The position numbers and the translations under genes were made by a program. A stretch of 64,000 nt of DNA from the human T2T-CHM13v2.0 reference genome, Homo sapiens. The notes beneath the pieces are model-generated. The model was not told where the DNA came from and ran no database searches. It saw only the letters and a list, made by a program, of their open reading frames with translations. The stretch is taken from assembly GCF_009914755.1 (NCBI RefSeq), contig NC_060925.1; one strand, given 5' to 3'. Positions 13,736 to 29,366 of this stretch are shown piece after piece (positions within the stretch are counted from its first letter, which is position 1; the number at the start of each line of letters is the position of its first letter).

Positions 13736-14125
13736 CCTTTTTTATACTTCTTTTTTCTAGAACAGCTTTATTGAGTTATAATTCACATACCATACATTTC
13801 ACCCATTTAAAATCTATAACTCAGTGGTTTTTAGTACAATTTTAGAACATATCACCCCAAAAGAAACCCATCCCCATTAGCAGTGACTCCTCATTCACCC
13901 CTTTCCCCACTCCAGTAATGCTGAGCATCTTTTTATGTGTTACTGGCCATTTGTATATCTTCTTTGGAGAACTGTCTATTCAAAACATTTGCCCATTTTT
14001 TATTGGATAATTTATCTTTTTATTGAATTATAAAAATTATATCTTCTAGGTACAAGTCACTTATGAGATATATGACTTGCAAATATTTTTACTCATTCTG
14101 TGAGTTTGTCTTTTCACTTTCTTGA
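13736..14125 (-). mobile_element. Old L1 (L1MB-like) 3' end with internal deletion
   Basis: AACAGCTTTATTGAG..ATAATTCACATACCATA..TTCACCCATTT terminus; flanking direct repeat GCAAGCCTTAT at 13725-35 and 14126-36. Confidence 0.8.
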
Positions 14126-14900
14126 GCAAGCCTTATCTTGAGCAAGCCTTATTCTTAACTCTGGTTAAATTTTGGTTTTCTGAACATTTTGCTAAATTTT
14201 CTAAAGGTCTCCAGTTGTGGAGTAGCCTGAAATGAATACTTTATTTTTTGAAAGTGGAACTAAACTCTAATTTAAGTCTATAATAGAAAAGAGTAATTGC
14301 TATAGGAACCAACATTTTTTTTGGTTGTTTACCCTGTGCCAAGCATTGTGCTGAGTGCTTTGCAACCCTAAAATATAGGGTTGTTATTCCTGTTACATAG
14401 ATGAAGAAACAAAGGCTTGAAGAAGTTAAGTAAGTTGCACAAAATCAAAAAGTGCTAATAAATGGTCAATTGGAATGACAATGCAAGTTATTTTTTTTGA
14501 CCAACTTTCACATTTTATGTGGGGTGTTTGTATTCCACTATTGTACTTTTTAAGACAATATTATTTTACAGCCTCATTTTCCATCCACTACAATCCCTAG
14601 ATTTTTTCAGGCATATTGGAACCGAATCATTCACTTCTGTCTCTTTAAAACTGGAATTTCTTGGTTTCTGAACCAAGAAATTTGATTTGATTTCTATAGC
14701 CTTTTGATTTTTTGACTGTCCCTTCCAAATTGGCCCTTTTTAAACAAATTATAACAATTTTCAAAGCTAAAAAAATTCTAAAGGTAAACTTGCCATTAAA
14801 ATGATTAAATGTAAATTGCAGACCATTTTAAATGTCTTTTTGATTAGCTACTATTAAGAATTTAGCTGATCTACTTCATTAAAATGTTATATTAGCTCAA

Positions 14901-15467
14901 TGAATAATTATATATTTCTGTGTAACAAATTACCCCCAAAACTTTAATGGCTTAAAGCAGCATTTGTTATTTCACAGTTTCTTTGGTTTAGGAATCCAAG
15001 TAGAGTTTAGCAATGTGGTTCTGCTCTAGGTCTCTCATGAGGTTTAAGTCAGGCTGCTGGCTGGTGCTGCAGTCTCATTTTTGGGGAGGATCTATGTGCA
15101 AGCTCACTCGTATGGTTGTTGGGAGGATTCAGTTCCTTGTGAGCTTTTGGACTGAGACCTGCAATTCCTCACTGGCTGTTGGCCAGAGTTCTCCCTCAGT
15201 TCCTTGCCATATGCGCCTCTCTATGAGACAGCACATGACATGGCCTCTGGCTCTGTCACAATAGCAACACAAGAGAGTGTCCAAGATGGAAGCCATAGTA
15301 TCTTTGTAACCTAATCTCAGAGTTGATATATCATCACTTTTCCCATATTCTACTCATTAGAAGCAAACTATTATGTTCAGCCCACTCTCTATAGAAGGGA
15401 AATACCAAGGGTATGAACACCAAAATATGGAGCTTACTGAGGGCCATCTTAGAGGCTGCCTGTCACA
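14901..15467 (-). mobile_element. MLT1F-like MaLR solo LTR
   Basis: Same family motifs as 8528-9009; TG...CA ends; near-TSD CTCAA/CTCAG. Confidence 0.85.
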
Positions 15468-17531
15468 CTCAGTGAATCTATTGTTTAATCATGGAGAATC
15501 CAAAAGTCATGGTGTTTTTATATAGAACGTTGATATGTACAGTTCCATCCTGCAAACAAGTGATAATTTTATCTGAAAATATATAAGGAAGTCTCTCCAT
15601 CCTAAAATATGCATATGTGTATATGTATTATTTTTAAAGCATCTTTAGTCTGCATATACATTTGCTACTTATTAATCTGTTTTATCAAGAGACAACATTA
15701 AAGTTGTAAGACACAATTAGAATAGAAAATTTTATGTGTAACTTTATGTTCTCCCCTTGACTTATAAAGATTGCTATTGAATTTTAGTATTGGAAAACTT
15801 TGGCCAATGTAAAGATGATTTTAATTTGAACATGTACAACATGCAAAAGAATATTTTTTCTCCTTAAATCATACTTTAGAAGTCAACCCTAATTTAACAA
15901 AATAGGTGATCCTGAATGGACTTTAATTCATTTATTCAGCAAGGCTTATTGAATTACTCTTCTAACTCATCATGAGTTACACTCATAATAAAAGTCTGCA
16001 CTCCTAATTTTGGCCTCCCATAGCTCAATCAATCTCTGTCTATGTTTCCAGTTTCATTTCCTATTGCCATCTCCCTTAACCTTCCACTCCAGCACAGTTT
16101 TTCTTGCTCCTCCCCATGTTGATGCTCATGCATGCCTCAGGGCTTTTCCATCTTCCTGAAAACCTCTTACCCAGATTGTTACATGGCTCGCTTCACTTCA
16201 TTTACTTCTCTGCTCCAGCATCACTACCATAAAGAAGCATCCCACCAGCACTCTTCACAATACAGCAGGGACCATCAAAAAGCAAGAGACACAATAAAAA
16301 TGATAGTTGAAAAGATTAATCTCATGACAGTGTACAAGATAACTTGTACGTAAACAGGCTGGATTAGACATGGATGAGTGGGGGCCACAATTAGGAACTT
16401 TCACATTCATTCAGGTGTGAATTGATAATGATCCAGTTATGACCACCTTGGGCATGAGTAAAGCTACACAAACATTCTCCCAAAACCAGGTCTTCCCTCG
16501 GATTTGTGATGCCGGTAAATTGTTGCCACCTTCCTCCATCCTCCTCTAACAGAGCCATTTCAGAACCAAAACTTTTTAAAGAAAAGTTTGAAAAAAATAA
16601 GAAGCACCAAAGAATTAGCAGGAAATGGTTAGGTTTTAGGACTAGAAACCACAATGCAGTAGGGGCTCTGCAAGAGGAAGGAGTGAGTGCTTCAAAGTGA
16701 CATAGCAGCTGTGTGCTGTTGTGCCTGAGACTCCTTCCAATCCTAGATGTTTCCTAGTGGTGCTGGCAAAGCTTCTGTTGGCTGTACCACATTCTTTCCC
16801 AATCCAACTCCCTCTATGTAAAGTCTCATAATTCTAAGGATCCTGGGTTCAAATGTAAGTTTCTTCCGTAGTAGTTACCATTTGGGTGTTTCTGCTTCTT
16901 CTAAACTCCCTTCTAATTGTTTTTCCTCTTGTTTTTAAGCTAGTGATTTTTTCCCCTGTATTTTACATATGCTTATGGAAAGAACAGATATATTTTCATG
17001 GCACTTAGCATGTTATAAATGCATTGTTTTCCATGGAGTAAGATCATTCTACCACTGAGAGCATTAAATCCATGTTCCTAAGGTAACCCATGTTTTCCTA
17101 GAAACAGGGGAAGAGTCATGACCAACTTTCACATTGTCTGCTTTGTTCTTGGGGTATCATCCATTGTGATAACCATTCCCAAGAAGTTTCCTCCCCAAAA
17201 CAGAATTACTTCTCTGCCTACCCTTGATTCAAGTGACCTTTCATTACAGATAATCTGGTTTTATAGGGAAATCTAGTAGGTTCTGCACTCAGTTGTAAAG
17301 AAAGACAGATGCAAATGGGTTTCAGTAATTGGTACAACATTGTCACAAAGCTCTTTAGATTAGCAAGTACTTATAAACTAGGTGGAATATTTTTTATTCC
17401 ATGTTGTTAATAAGAATGCCCTAATCCTCTTTACACACTTGAAAATATCCAGGGAATGCAGAGAGAGACAGACAGAGAGATAGACTCGTATGTAATCATG
17501 GACTTTTGAGATAGGTAGGTATAGATGTTCC

Positions 17532-17868
17532 TGTAAACTAAGCGTTTGTAGCCTCCCAAAATTTATATGTTGAAATCCCTACCATACTGTGATATGGAGC
17601 CTTTGGTATGAGGTCAGAGGCTTCATGCATGGGATTAGTGCTCTCATAAAATAGGCCCTGGAGAGCTTCCTCACCCCTTCTGCCATTTGAAGACACAGTG
17701 AGAAGATGAATATCTGTGAACCAGGAAGCAAACCCTCACCAGACATTAAATCTGCCAGTGCTTTGATCTAGTTCTTCTCAGCCTCCAGACTGTGAGGAAT
17801 AAATTTCTGGTTTTTATAAGCCATCCTGTCTATACAGTTTGTCACAGCAGCCTGAACAGACAGAGACA
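17532..17868 (+). mobile_element. MLT1A-like MaLR LTR
   Basis: CCCAAAATTTATATGTTGAAATCC...CCCTCACCAGACA...CAGCCTCCAGACTGTGAGGAATAAATTTCTG. Confidence 0.85.
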
Positions 17869-17898
17869 AGTGTAATCCCATCTTTTCCTTAGCTGTAT

Positions 17899-17978
17899 TA
17901 TTAGGTTAGTGCAAATGTAATTGCTGTTTTCGCCATTTTAATGGCAAAAATCACAGCTACTTTTGCACCAACATAATA
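17899..17978. mobile_element. MADE1 (Hsmar1-derived MITE)
   Basis: 80-bp inverted repeat TATTAGGTTAGTGCAAA...TTTGCACCAACATAATA. Confidence 0.9.
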
Positions 17979-18577
17979 TTTGCTCACTTTTCTCTGTTGT
18001 AATTTTCTCATATGAGACTGTAGGAAAGAATGATTTAATATATTCTATAAAGTGCCTAGTAATATAATAGGTCCAGCATATGAAAGCATTCATAATAGGT
18101 TCTCAGTAAAGAGTGGCAATGCTCGAGCATTTCTAAAGAAACGGAATTGATTATATTCCATTCCTTTTTCAGACAGTTATAAATGTTAGAAATTTCTTTC
18201 TGTTACTGCTCCAGAATCTGTGCTTTTCAATTATTGGTTCTAATTCAGTATTTTTAGGCCTCAGAGAAAAAGCCTTAATGCCGTCCTCACGTGGTAGGCT
18301 ACCAGGTCTTTGAAGATGGCCATTTTGTATCCCACATCTTCTCCACATCTGCTCATAGAAATACAGTTTCTTCATTTGCTCCCTTATGGTTTAGGTTCGA
18401 AGCAACTCAGAATGGAACACAACGCTACTGGTGTGTTAATTAGCAGGTGAGAATGGAACTATCACCTTTTTTGTTGTGTTCTTAACACAACCTTAGTTGG
18501 CATGAATTTGAGGAGCAGTTATATTTCACCTTTGACTTGTCAAACTTACACTTGACTAAAACCTACAGATGTTTTTC

Positions 18578-18775
18578 TTTTTAATTTTTTTAATTTTTAA
18601 TTTTTATGGGTACATAGTAGGTGTATATATTTATGGGGTATGTGACATGTTTTGATACAGGTGTGCAACATGAAATAATTACATCATGAAGAATGCAATA
18701 TCCATCCCTTCAAGGATTTATCCATTGAGTTGCAAACAATCCAATTATTACACTCTTTAAGTTATTTTAAAATGT
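18578..18775 (-). mobile_element. 5'-truncated L1MA-type 3' end
   Basis: TTTTATGGGTACATAGTAGGTGTATATATTTATGGGGTA; perfect 14-bp TSD TACAGATGTTTTTC (18564-77, 18776-89). Confidence 0.88.
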
Positions 18776-19442
18776 TACAGATGTTTTTCAAACATGTCTC
18801 TGTTCTACCCTATCTCTCTCATCATATATTTGTATGGGATTTTACATTTTGACATATTAAATTTCATCTTGTTGGAGTTTGCTCGTTTTCTTCTTACCTA
18901 TGAAGCTGTTTTGGGACCCTAACTATGACAGTAAGTCACTTGGCTATGCACTTAATCAGCATGTGTTTAATATCTACACTCACATTTTTATAAATATTTA
19001 ACAGGAAGGGAAATTTATACCTCCAAACCCACTCTAATCCCTGAACTCCAAATGCATGTAACCAACTGCCTGTTAAATATCTTCACTTAGATGATTCCTG
19101 TCAGTTCACACTTAACCAAACTGATTTCCACCCTCAACCTTCTCCTGTAGTCTTCTCATCCTGGTCACAGTGAAGCATATCCGTCCTTCACATTGCACAG
19201 CCAAAAACCTTCCTTGCAGTCATCCTTGACCCATTTTGTTTCCTCCCACATCCCATATCTAATCCCTCAGCAAACTCTACTTCACAATGCATCCTGAGTC
19301 ATACCTTTCTTACTTCTTACCTTCTTGCACTACCACTTTGGACCAAATCATCAGAAATAGATTCCTAACATTTTCTGTATTTACCCTTACATTCTTTAGT
19401 CTTTTTAAAATATTGACGCTAGAATGAACCTGTTAAGACTTA

Positions 19443-19654
<212 letters not shown>

Positions 19655-19715
19655 TCACCTTAATGCCTTTTATCTCTGGTTACTTCAACACCATAATTAC
19701 CATAAATAATTCATC

Positions 19716-19862
19716 TCTGTTGGAATATTTGTGTCCCATTAAAATTCGTATGTTGAAATCTCTTCACTAATGTAATGATATGAAAATCAGCCTTTATGGG
19801 GGTGATTAGGTCATGAAGGCAGAGCCCTCATGAATGGAATTACTGCTCTTATAAAAAGACAA
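19716..19862 (+). mobile_element. MLT1A-like LTR 5' fragment
   Basis: AAAATTCGTATGTTGAAATC...GTGATTAGGTCATGAAGGCAGAGCCCTCATGAATGG. Confidence 0.75.
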
Positions 19863-19866
19863 AGGA

Positions 19867-20185
19867 CTTTGCAGGGACGTGGATGAAGCTGGAAACCATC
19901 ATTCTCAGCAAACTAACCCAGGAACAGAAAACCGAACACTGCATGTTCTCACTCATAAGTGGGAGTTGAACAATGAGAACACACGGACACAGGGAGGGGA
20001 ACATCACACATCGGGGCCTTTCGGGGGGTGGGGGACAAGGTGAGGGATAGCATTAGGAGAAATACCTAATGTAGATGACAGGTTGATGGGTGCAGCAAAC
20101 CACCATGGCACATGTATACCTATGTAATAAACCTGCACGTTCTGCACATGTATCCCAGAACTGAAAAGATAATAAAAAAAAAAAA
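19867..20185 (+). mobile_element. L1PA (about PA6-PA8) ORF2 end/3' UTR with poly-A
   Basis: CTTTGCAGGGAC..GGATGAAGCTGGAAACCATCATTCTCAGCAAACT...CTGCACATGTATCCCAGAACT plus A-tail. Confidence 0.93.
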
Positions 20186-21605
20186 TCACGCCACTCCTCT
20201 GTTCAGAACTTACCAGTAGCTTTCCATCTCACTCAGAGTCAAAGCTAAAGCCCTGACAATTGCCTGCACAACTCTACATGGTTCTGCCTCCCCTTCCCAC
20301 ACATGTACACAAACACATTTGCTTTTCTGACCTCATTTTCTAGCCTTCTACCCTTGCTTCCTCCTCTGCATGCACAGAGTCCTCTTTGCTGTCCCCTGAA
20401 CATGCCAGGCATACTCCCACCTTAGGGCCTTTGCATCTACTGTTCGCCTGTCTGGAGTGCACTTTCTTCATCCCATGCACTATGAATCTTCCTTCTGCTC
20501 TCATTTTTGTTTAAGGTATTATATGAGACTGTGCTACTAATAGAAATTATAGGGCTCTTTTGGCTAGTGTCAAGTATAGATTTGCGTTTTGGACTCACAT
20601 AACTGAATATGTTAGAATTACATCTAAAGAAATAATTGCCTATAAATGGAGTATTGTGTGTGAAGAGTTAGAGTCCTGCCCCATCTCCTTTCCTATTAAA
20701 TGATAGTGATTTTCACAGTATCTGAGATAGCCCTTTGAATATCAGAGAAACATAAGAGTGTAAAGATTTCAAGGAAATGGTCATATTTTTCAGATGAGAA
20801 AAGTTCACCAAAGATTTTACCCATTGGTGCCAAAAATGTAAGGCAGGCAAGAAGTTAGTAGAAGAAAGTCATCACACTGTAACAAATATTTTTTTTAAGT
20901 TGTAGGCACTGATTTCCAAATGAGTTCCATAAACCACTGCTATTTCCATTTGTAGTATAGCAATAGGTTGTGATACTAACCTTAAAGGTCTCAAGTTCAA
21001 CAGCTTATTATGAGGAAAGCTGCCATTCCTTTAAGAAGGTGAGTTTCTATTATCTTTTTAAAGAGAGAATTACTCCTTTATAAAAATGTAACTTCTTCAT
21101 ACTGTATTTCAGATCTCTTGCTTTTTAGTAAAACTTTTCATTGCAGTGGGTTTGATAATAATAGTGCTCACTTTTAAAAAATTCCCTAAATTTTAGTTTC
21201 CCCTCCAGTCACCAGCTCACTTTTCTGTGATCCTCTTTAGCAGAACTCCTTAAAAGACTCATCTATACTTGCTGTTTCCTCCTTCTCTCCTGCTGTTCTC
21301 TCTATAACCCACTCCAAATAGGCTTTCATCTCGTCGCTCCACTGAAACTACTTATCAAAGTTTCCATCACCGTCATGCTACCATATTATCTTCTCCATCC
21401 TCATCTTATTCCCAGCAACATTTGACATCACCTTGGAACACTTTATTTACGTGATTTCACTGAGACCTCCTGTCTGGTTTTGTTTTTCATCTTATTTCAT
21501 TAGATGCTAGTTCTCAGTCTCATTTGACTCTTTCTCTTCTCCCAAACCCTATACATTGAAATATCCCAAGGCCTAGACCCTCTAGTCTTTGGCCTAGGTG
21601 ATCTT

Positions 21606-21722
21606 TTTTTATATATGTATTTTAAGTTCTAGGGTACATGTGCACAACGTGCAGGTTTGTTACATATGTATACATGTGCCATGTTGGTTTGCTGCACCCA
21701 TTAACTCGTCATTTATATTAGG
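21606..21722 (-). mobile_element. Very short L1PA (about PA4-PA5) 3' end
   Basis: TTTAAGTTCTAGGGTACATGTGCACAACGTGCAGG...; TSD TAGGTGATCTT at 21595-21605 and 21719-21729. Confidence 0.9.
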
Positions 21723-21744
21723 TGATCTTATTCAATCACATGGT

Positions 21745-22235
21745 ATATAAATTACAATATAGGCTACTATGACAGAGGCCCCAGAATGAAGGTGCCTAAA
21801 CAAGATGAAAGTTGATTTCTTTTTCCTATAAAAGTGTGGGAGCTTGTCCAAGACTGATAGGATAGCTTGTTAGTACTGGAGACCCACGCTCTTTCTTTCC
21901 TGCACTCTGCTGTTCTCAACATGCTGTCTCCATCTTCTGGTCCCAGATGGCTGCTTCAGCCCCTGCATCCTGTCAGTATTCTAACCAGCAGGAAGAAGAA
22001 GATAGGAAGTGAGAACGTATCCCTTCCCTTTAGGACTCAGAAGTTAAACATGTTTCATCTGCTCTCATTTCATTGGCCAGAACTGAGTCACATCATGATA
22101 ACTTGCTGAAGAGAATTTAGGAAATATAGTCTTTAGGTAGGTAGCTATGGCTTCCAGCTAAAATGGAGCAGTTCTTTTACTAGAGGAAAAAGAGCGTGAT
22201 GGATTTTGGAGGACAGGGAGCAGTTTCTGCTGCAC
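21745..22235 (-). mobile_element. MLT1J-like LTR
   Basis: CCAGATGGCTGCTTCAGC...CATTGGCCAGAACTGAGTCACAT motifs. Confidence 0.65.
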
Positions 22236-22819
22236 ATGGCTTTAAATACTATCTATGAGCTAATGTCTCCCAGATTTGTAGCTATTTCCTGAGTTCAGGA
22301 CTCTTTCCTCAGCTGCCTCCCTAACATTCTCGAACACCTGCCTGTTCAAAATTGAACTCTTCACTTTTCTCCCCAAACTCCTACCCATCTTAGGTCTCCC
22401 AGGTGCTCATGCCAGAAACTTAGAACAGTCTTGATTCCTTGCCTTCTCTTTCATCCATTTTTGATCCATCTGCCAATCCTATTAACTTTACCTTCAAAAT
22501 GGACTCCAAATCCAACCACTTCTCATCAGATCTGTCTTCCACATTACCACCAATGACTTATTTTAATAAAATACATATCCCCATCCTGTTTCTTACTTCC
22601 TTAAAACCTTCCTCTGTCTCCTTATTGCCTTTGGGATAAATTCTAAACCCTGTGTGAACCAACTCTTTCTATCTCTCTGGCCTCATTTTCCCATTTTCCA
22701 CTTATATTTTGTATTTCAGTACTACCTAGCACAACACACCTCATGACTTGATGTATTTACTAATGCTTATCCCTCTGTAGAATTTCCCCCACCTCAGACC
22801 TGGCTGAAGAATCCCTTAG

Positions 22820-23152
<333 letters not shown>

Positions 23153-25030
23153 AGAAAATGTTCTTTGTCATCTCTCCACCTCCCCAGGCTAGGTAGGCAC
23201 CTTCCTCTTTATTCTTGTTGCACCATATGCATACCCGTATCACACCTATCCTGGATGATACCAGTTTACATAGCTGCCTCTTTTCCTAGATGCAAGTGCC
23301 TTGGTCAGGGGCAAGGGCTTACTCATCTCTCAGTGCCCAACACATAATAGCTGCTAAGTAAATATTTATGTAATTGAATCATATTGATCATGGGAACAAA
23401 CTCCCATTGGGAGAGCATCACCTCTGCCTTACATATCTGAGAAAAGCCCTTGTTTATTGTACCCTATCAACTGAATCTGCTGGGCTATATATTAAAGTGG
23501 GTATTTTAGGCCCTGCTTAAAAAATAAAGGTTAAATTGAGCATATTCATTGCTCTGTTAGGATTACATAATGCCTGATAGTGCAAAAACATGGTTGTTGA
23601 CTGAACTTTACAGTTGTCTGGGGTTTGTGAGGCCCAGCTATAGTCTAGGTAGCTTTGTGTGTTTGAAGGTATTCTGACTAGATGAGTCAGTAGTTTAAAA
23701 GTAACAAGTCACTGTTGGTCTGTGGGAGAAGTTGTGTGGACTTAGACTTGCCTTCACTGCTTTAAAATCTTGCTTTTTAAAAAATCCCAAGAAAGGTAGG
23801 TTCTCTTTAAAAAGTTTATGGCCTGTATTTGCTGTCATAAACCAACCCAGTTTTCAGCCTTTAGCCGGGCTCCACTCCCTTAGAGATGAATGGTAACCCA
23901 TATAAACTACATGGCGATTCTAGTTGTTTTTAGTCAGGAAAAGCCCCAAGGTTTTTATTAAGAAGCCCAGAAAGAAGAGATGTCAAGGATTCCGGTGAGA
24001 AGTACTATGTTATAAGAAGCAGATTAGGATAACTTGTCTTAAAAATGAAAAAGGGATGAGAAACTTGACAAGTTTTTAGTGCTTTCTTAGCACTAAATGA
24101 TGACTTAAAGAAAGTTTAGTCCTTGCCAAATTTTCCCCTTTGGAACTGTTTCCACTGTGTGATAGAGATCTGCCGCTACGAGCTTGTCATCATTCTCATC
24201 CACTGTCTTCTTTGTCTTCTTCGAAGTCACGTCCTACTCCTCTTCCTCTTATCTTTTTTTTTTCGGCGGGGTGGGGGGGTTTTGTTTGTTTGTTTTTTGC
24301 ACTAAGTCATAGAACTGAAAAGACTCTGGGTAATGTTTTCAAAATAAAGCCACATTGTTTCCAATACAACAGCTTTCTCTGGGTTCTTTCACTGCCTCCT
24401 TAATGTAAGTCTTAATCACACTTGTATTAACAGTAGAAACACTCTGCAGTATCTCGTTTCATACAGTGGTGTTAGAAGCATTAACTCCTCAGCCCTCATA
24501 CCATCACAGGAAAACAGCAATCATTGTTAACCCCCATCCATTGGGGAGATGAAGAAAATGAGCAAACTATGAAGAATGCAGTTTATTTCGTCTCCATAAG
24601 ACTGTGAGGCAGTGGAAGGTAAGGGCTAGACCCCAGGATGGCTGATTCCTAGGGCTCTTTTCCTGTGCTCCAGAATGCAGTGACACCTTTCAGTTGTTGC
24701 TGTATTCAGAGGTGTGTGTTGCATGTGATAGGTACAGTACTTGACATTATTAACTCTTGCAACCACCCTATGGGTTAGGTATTAATATCCCCATGTTATA
24801 GATGAAGTCTGTGATTCCAAAGCCTGATGTCTCTCCACTGTGCCACACACACTGACTCCACACAATAACAATTACTCCCATTTCATATCACTTGACATCC
24901 TGAAAGTCCTCCACAAACATCATCATATTTAATCCTTAAGAACTTTGGAAATATCAGTGATTATCACACACTTTGAAATAAGCAAGTCACTAATCAATGT
25001 GATCTTATTAAAATTTAAGTCAGTTCATGA

Positions 25031-25783
<753 letters not shown>

Positions 25784-25789
25784 ACCTGT

Positions 25790-26317
25790 AAGGAGAGTGG
25801 TCCGCTGGTTTCCTCTCCAGCCTCATCGCCTCCTACTCTTCCCTTGATTCTCTCTGCTTCAGTCACACTGGTCACCTTACTATTCCTCAGATACTCAGGG
25901 CACGCTCCTGCCTCAGGGCCTCTATACCTGCTCTTCCCTCTATATGTAATGCCCTCTCCCCAGACACCTGCTTGACTAGCTCCCCCAGTTCTGCCAGGTC
26001 TCGAACAAAAAATCACCTTTTCACACGCACACAAAAAGCCATCTTGCTGGTCAGGACTTGCCAGACCACTCTTTGCAAAATTCCAGTCTAGCCCCTAACA
26101 TGTCATATCCACCTTCCATGCTTTAGTTTTATCCTTAGTCTTTATCATTTTCAAACATACTGTGTATTTACTTACTTCTCTCGCTTACCATCTGCTCACT
26201 AGAATGTGAATGCTGTGAGGGTAGGGCTTTCATCTGTTTTGTTGTTCACTTCTCCACTCCAGCACCTGTAACATACTGGGCACATAGCAGGCACTCAATA
26301 AATATTTGATGAATGAA
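25790..26317 (+). mobile_element. L2a 3' fragment
   Basis: Ends in GGCACATAGCAGGCACTCAATAAATATTTGATGAATGAA (L2 terminus). Confidence 0.8.
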
Positions 26318-28283
26318 AACAGATTAGAAAATAGAAAGTCAAAGAAGCTAAGTGAGTTTCCCCAAAATGATATGGTATAGCAGCATCAAAGCTAAAACCA
26401 AGACTGGTCTTCTGATCCACATGCAGTTTGGTGCTCAGTTAGGCCAGAATCCGAAAAAGTTGTAAGTTAAGTTCTGAAATAAAACTCAGCCAAATAAAGT
26501 AGTTTGGTGTAATTTGCACTTTTAAAATAATTTTTCATCAGTTACTATATCATAGAGGATGAAGAGCAGTCCTTCCCTTGGACTGTCTCCAAGCAGCAGG
26601 AATAATGAGAATAAGTTACAGAACTTAAAATAAACCCAGGTGTTTCTGGGCCTGAGATTCTTAATGTCCACAATGAAGGGACCATGTCAGTTCAGAGCTC
26701 TTCACAGCTCTAATCTTGAATCCATCTCATGGATGAATGAAATGCCTGGTTTTCTTTGTAATTTGTTCAGTTCTATGCATACAGGGTATGCAGTTTGTTC
26801 TGTAGATAAACTACACATGGGTATTTCTGTAACTCTCCTTTTATCATCATTACCGTCTGTTTGATTCTTTCCCCTACATTTGTGCAAAATGTAGGCTTGT
26901 CATCTCACTGTGTTGTATTGCAGGATCAGCAAGCATGTCAAGGATCTCATGTGTCTTCTAATCTCATGCAGCCTCTGCTGCAAGGAAGCTCTCACCACTG
27001 CCTCCTCAGAGTTATCCAATGGGCAAAGAAACCAGAAGGCAGGACGACTTAAGGCCAGGGAACTAAATATGCAATAATGGTGTCTGGGGGTCAGGAAAGC
27101 AAGTGTTTGTACAACATGGCCTGGCATTCTTTGTCACTCTGAATTAAATCTGCACATGGTAATCAGACCTAAAAGAAGTGCACCAATAAGTCAGGCCATT
27201 GGTTATCCAGCTCTATACAAGTTTTGGCAAAGAAGGTTAAATGCAGTGTTTGGCATTGTATCTCATCCTGGTTCATTTCTTCATTAAAAATTCCCTCTGT
27301 AGAGAGTAAAATACAGTTATTTTGAGGTGGTGTCCATATCCTTAGGAACAGGAGGCACCGTCCTAAGCTCCTTTACACATACCAGCTCTTAAATACACAA
27401 CTTGAGTAAGGTTTATAATTCTCATTTCTATTATATGCTGCACATGGCTTATGATAAAGTGAACCTGCAAATGATAGCAAGATAGAACAAGTCTGCAAAA
27501 GTAAGAATGGCACGTTAATTACAGAAGTTGGATCCTATCAGTAATTTAAACCAAAGCATTTATTTGAAAACAAAATGAAACAAAACACCAATGCCCTCAG
27601 TCACCTTCTTATTCCATTCCCATTTGCTCCAGTAGGAATTAATCTCTTTATTTCTCCTTACCCTTGAGCACTTTTATATATCTGCACTTGGGTTAAAGGC
27701 AGTTCTATTAATTTCTTTGTTTGGACAGAAGTTTCCTTAATTTACCATAATCATCACTGTTGTCACTATGCCAGTCCAGTATGTTTGGACTTCACAGATA
27801 AGTCTTGCAGTTTCCAAAACACCATCCCATCCTTACTGCGTTTATTCTTGAATGACTTTTCACTGGGAGATAGTATACTTATCTTTTACAACAAAACTAC
27901 AAATGGGATCCTAATAACAAGTTTACTGTTTGTTAATTTGTGTTAGATATAGGCATACTGTCATATTTTCCTGTAATTTTTCATATCTGGTCTTGTGAAC
28001 TATTACTAGTATTTTTCTTCCATATGTATTTTACCTACCAACTTGATTGTAAACTGCTTAAAGATAGAAGCTATGTTATATAAGCATTTCACGCATGCTG
28101 GCTCAATGAATCACAAATAATTGGGAATTTGGTTAGACATCTCATCTGAACAGTCCCTGCCCTGATACCACCCTGGGACATTCAGCCCTTGGCCACCTGC
28201 TTTGATGAGCACATTTCTATGTCTCCTGCTTAAGTACTTACGTAAGATGCTACTGAGTACCTGACTTCAGACCTACAGAGTCT

Positions 28284-28585
28284 GTTTTTGTTTTGTTTTG
28301 TTTTCTTTTGTTTTGAGACAGGGTGTCAGTCTGTCACCCAGGCTGTAGTGCGGTGGCTAGATCTCAGCTTTCTGCAGCCTCAACCTCCCAAGCTCAGGTG
28401 TTAGCCTCCTGAGTAGCTGGGACTACAGACACAAACCATCATGCCCAGCTAATTTTTGTATTTTTCATAGAGACAGGAGTACTCCATGTTGCCCCAGCTG
28501 CTCTCGAACTCCTGGGCTCAAGCAGTCTGCCTGCTTTGGCCTCCCGAAGTGCTGGGATTGCAGGCGTCAGCCACTACACCTGGCC
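28284..28585 (-). mobile_element. AluJ, antisense
   Basis: Diverged Alu with CCTGGGCTCAAGC; TSD CCT(A/G)CAGAGTCT. Confidence 0.92.
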
Positions 28586-29366
28586 CCTGCAGAGTCTTTA
28601 TCAAACAGAAGTGAATATTAGGAGGAGCCTGGGGAAGAATCCTCTTTGATTTACCTTGGTGTTAACACTCCAGCGATACAACTATGGATCCTCCAGAAAG
28701 ACTATGTTTTTGCTGTATCAGTGCCACCTATTAGGAATTGTTCCATAAAAGAGCATGAGAAACTCTCTGGAGTTCAAAAAGTCAAAATGACATCCTTGCT
28801 AAAAAATCTCTTTATGGTTTGAGTTCCATAGTTACAACCAGGAATCTCTGGGAATTTGGTCTCCAAGCTCTTCTCAGAGCATGTGTTGCATACATTCTGC
28901 AAAGCCCTTGGGGGATGGAGCAGGCCTAGTTTTTGGTTTTCAGCAGTGTTTGTTATCTTCACAGTTAAATGGAACACTGGAATGTGATATTTACTCAATT
29001 TTGCCCATTTTTCATTCAGTATTTATAATTTTTAATGTGGCAGGTCTTCTAAAAAACCAACAAAAAATTGCTGATTTTGTGATTTTAGTTTCTAAAACAA
29101 ATGAAAGCAAAAAACTTCTCGCCCCTGAACTCCATCCCTGGCTGTTACCCTTCATTCTCTGTTCTTACTCTTTCCTAAGCAAGTAAGATATGACATTTAT
29201 TCATCAGAGCATTTTATGGTTAATTCACTGTTCAATTTTCTAAAATACCATTTGGCTTCTTACCTACAGAGCTATAGCACCAGAATTCACTCGGTATATG
29301 TGTAAGAATGACTGCTTCCATTTTCCGAGAGAAATAGAAATAGAACTAAGAGCAGTGATTTCCTTG

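Noticed and set aside
24170-24250. Minus-strand acidic/lysine peptide (EEEE*DVTSKKTKKTVDENDD) faintly like the prothymosin-alpha C-terminus
   Set aside because: It is very short, has an in-frame stop and lacks a correctly placed poly-A or TSD; it cannot be distinguished from low-complexity chance similarity.
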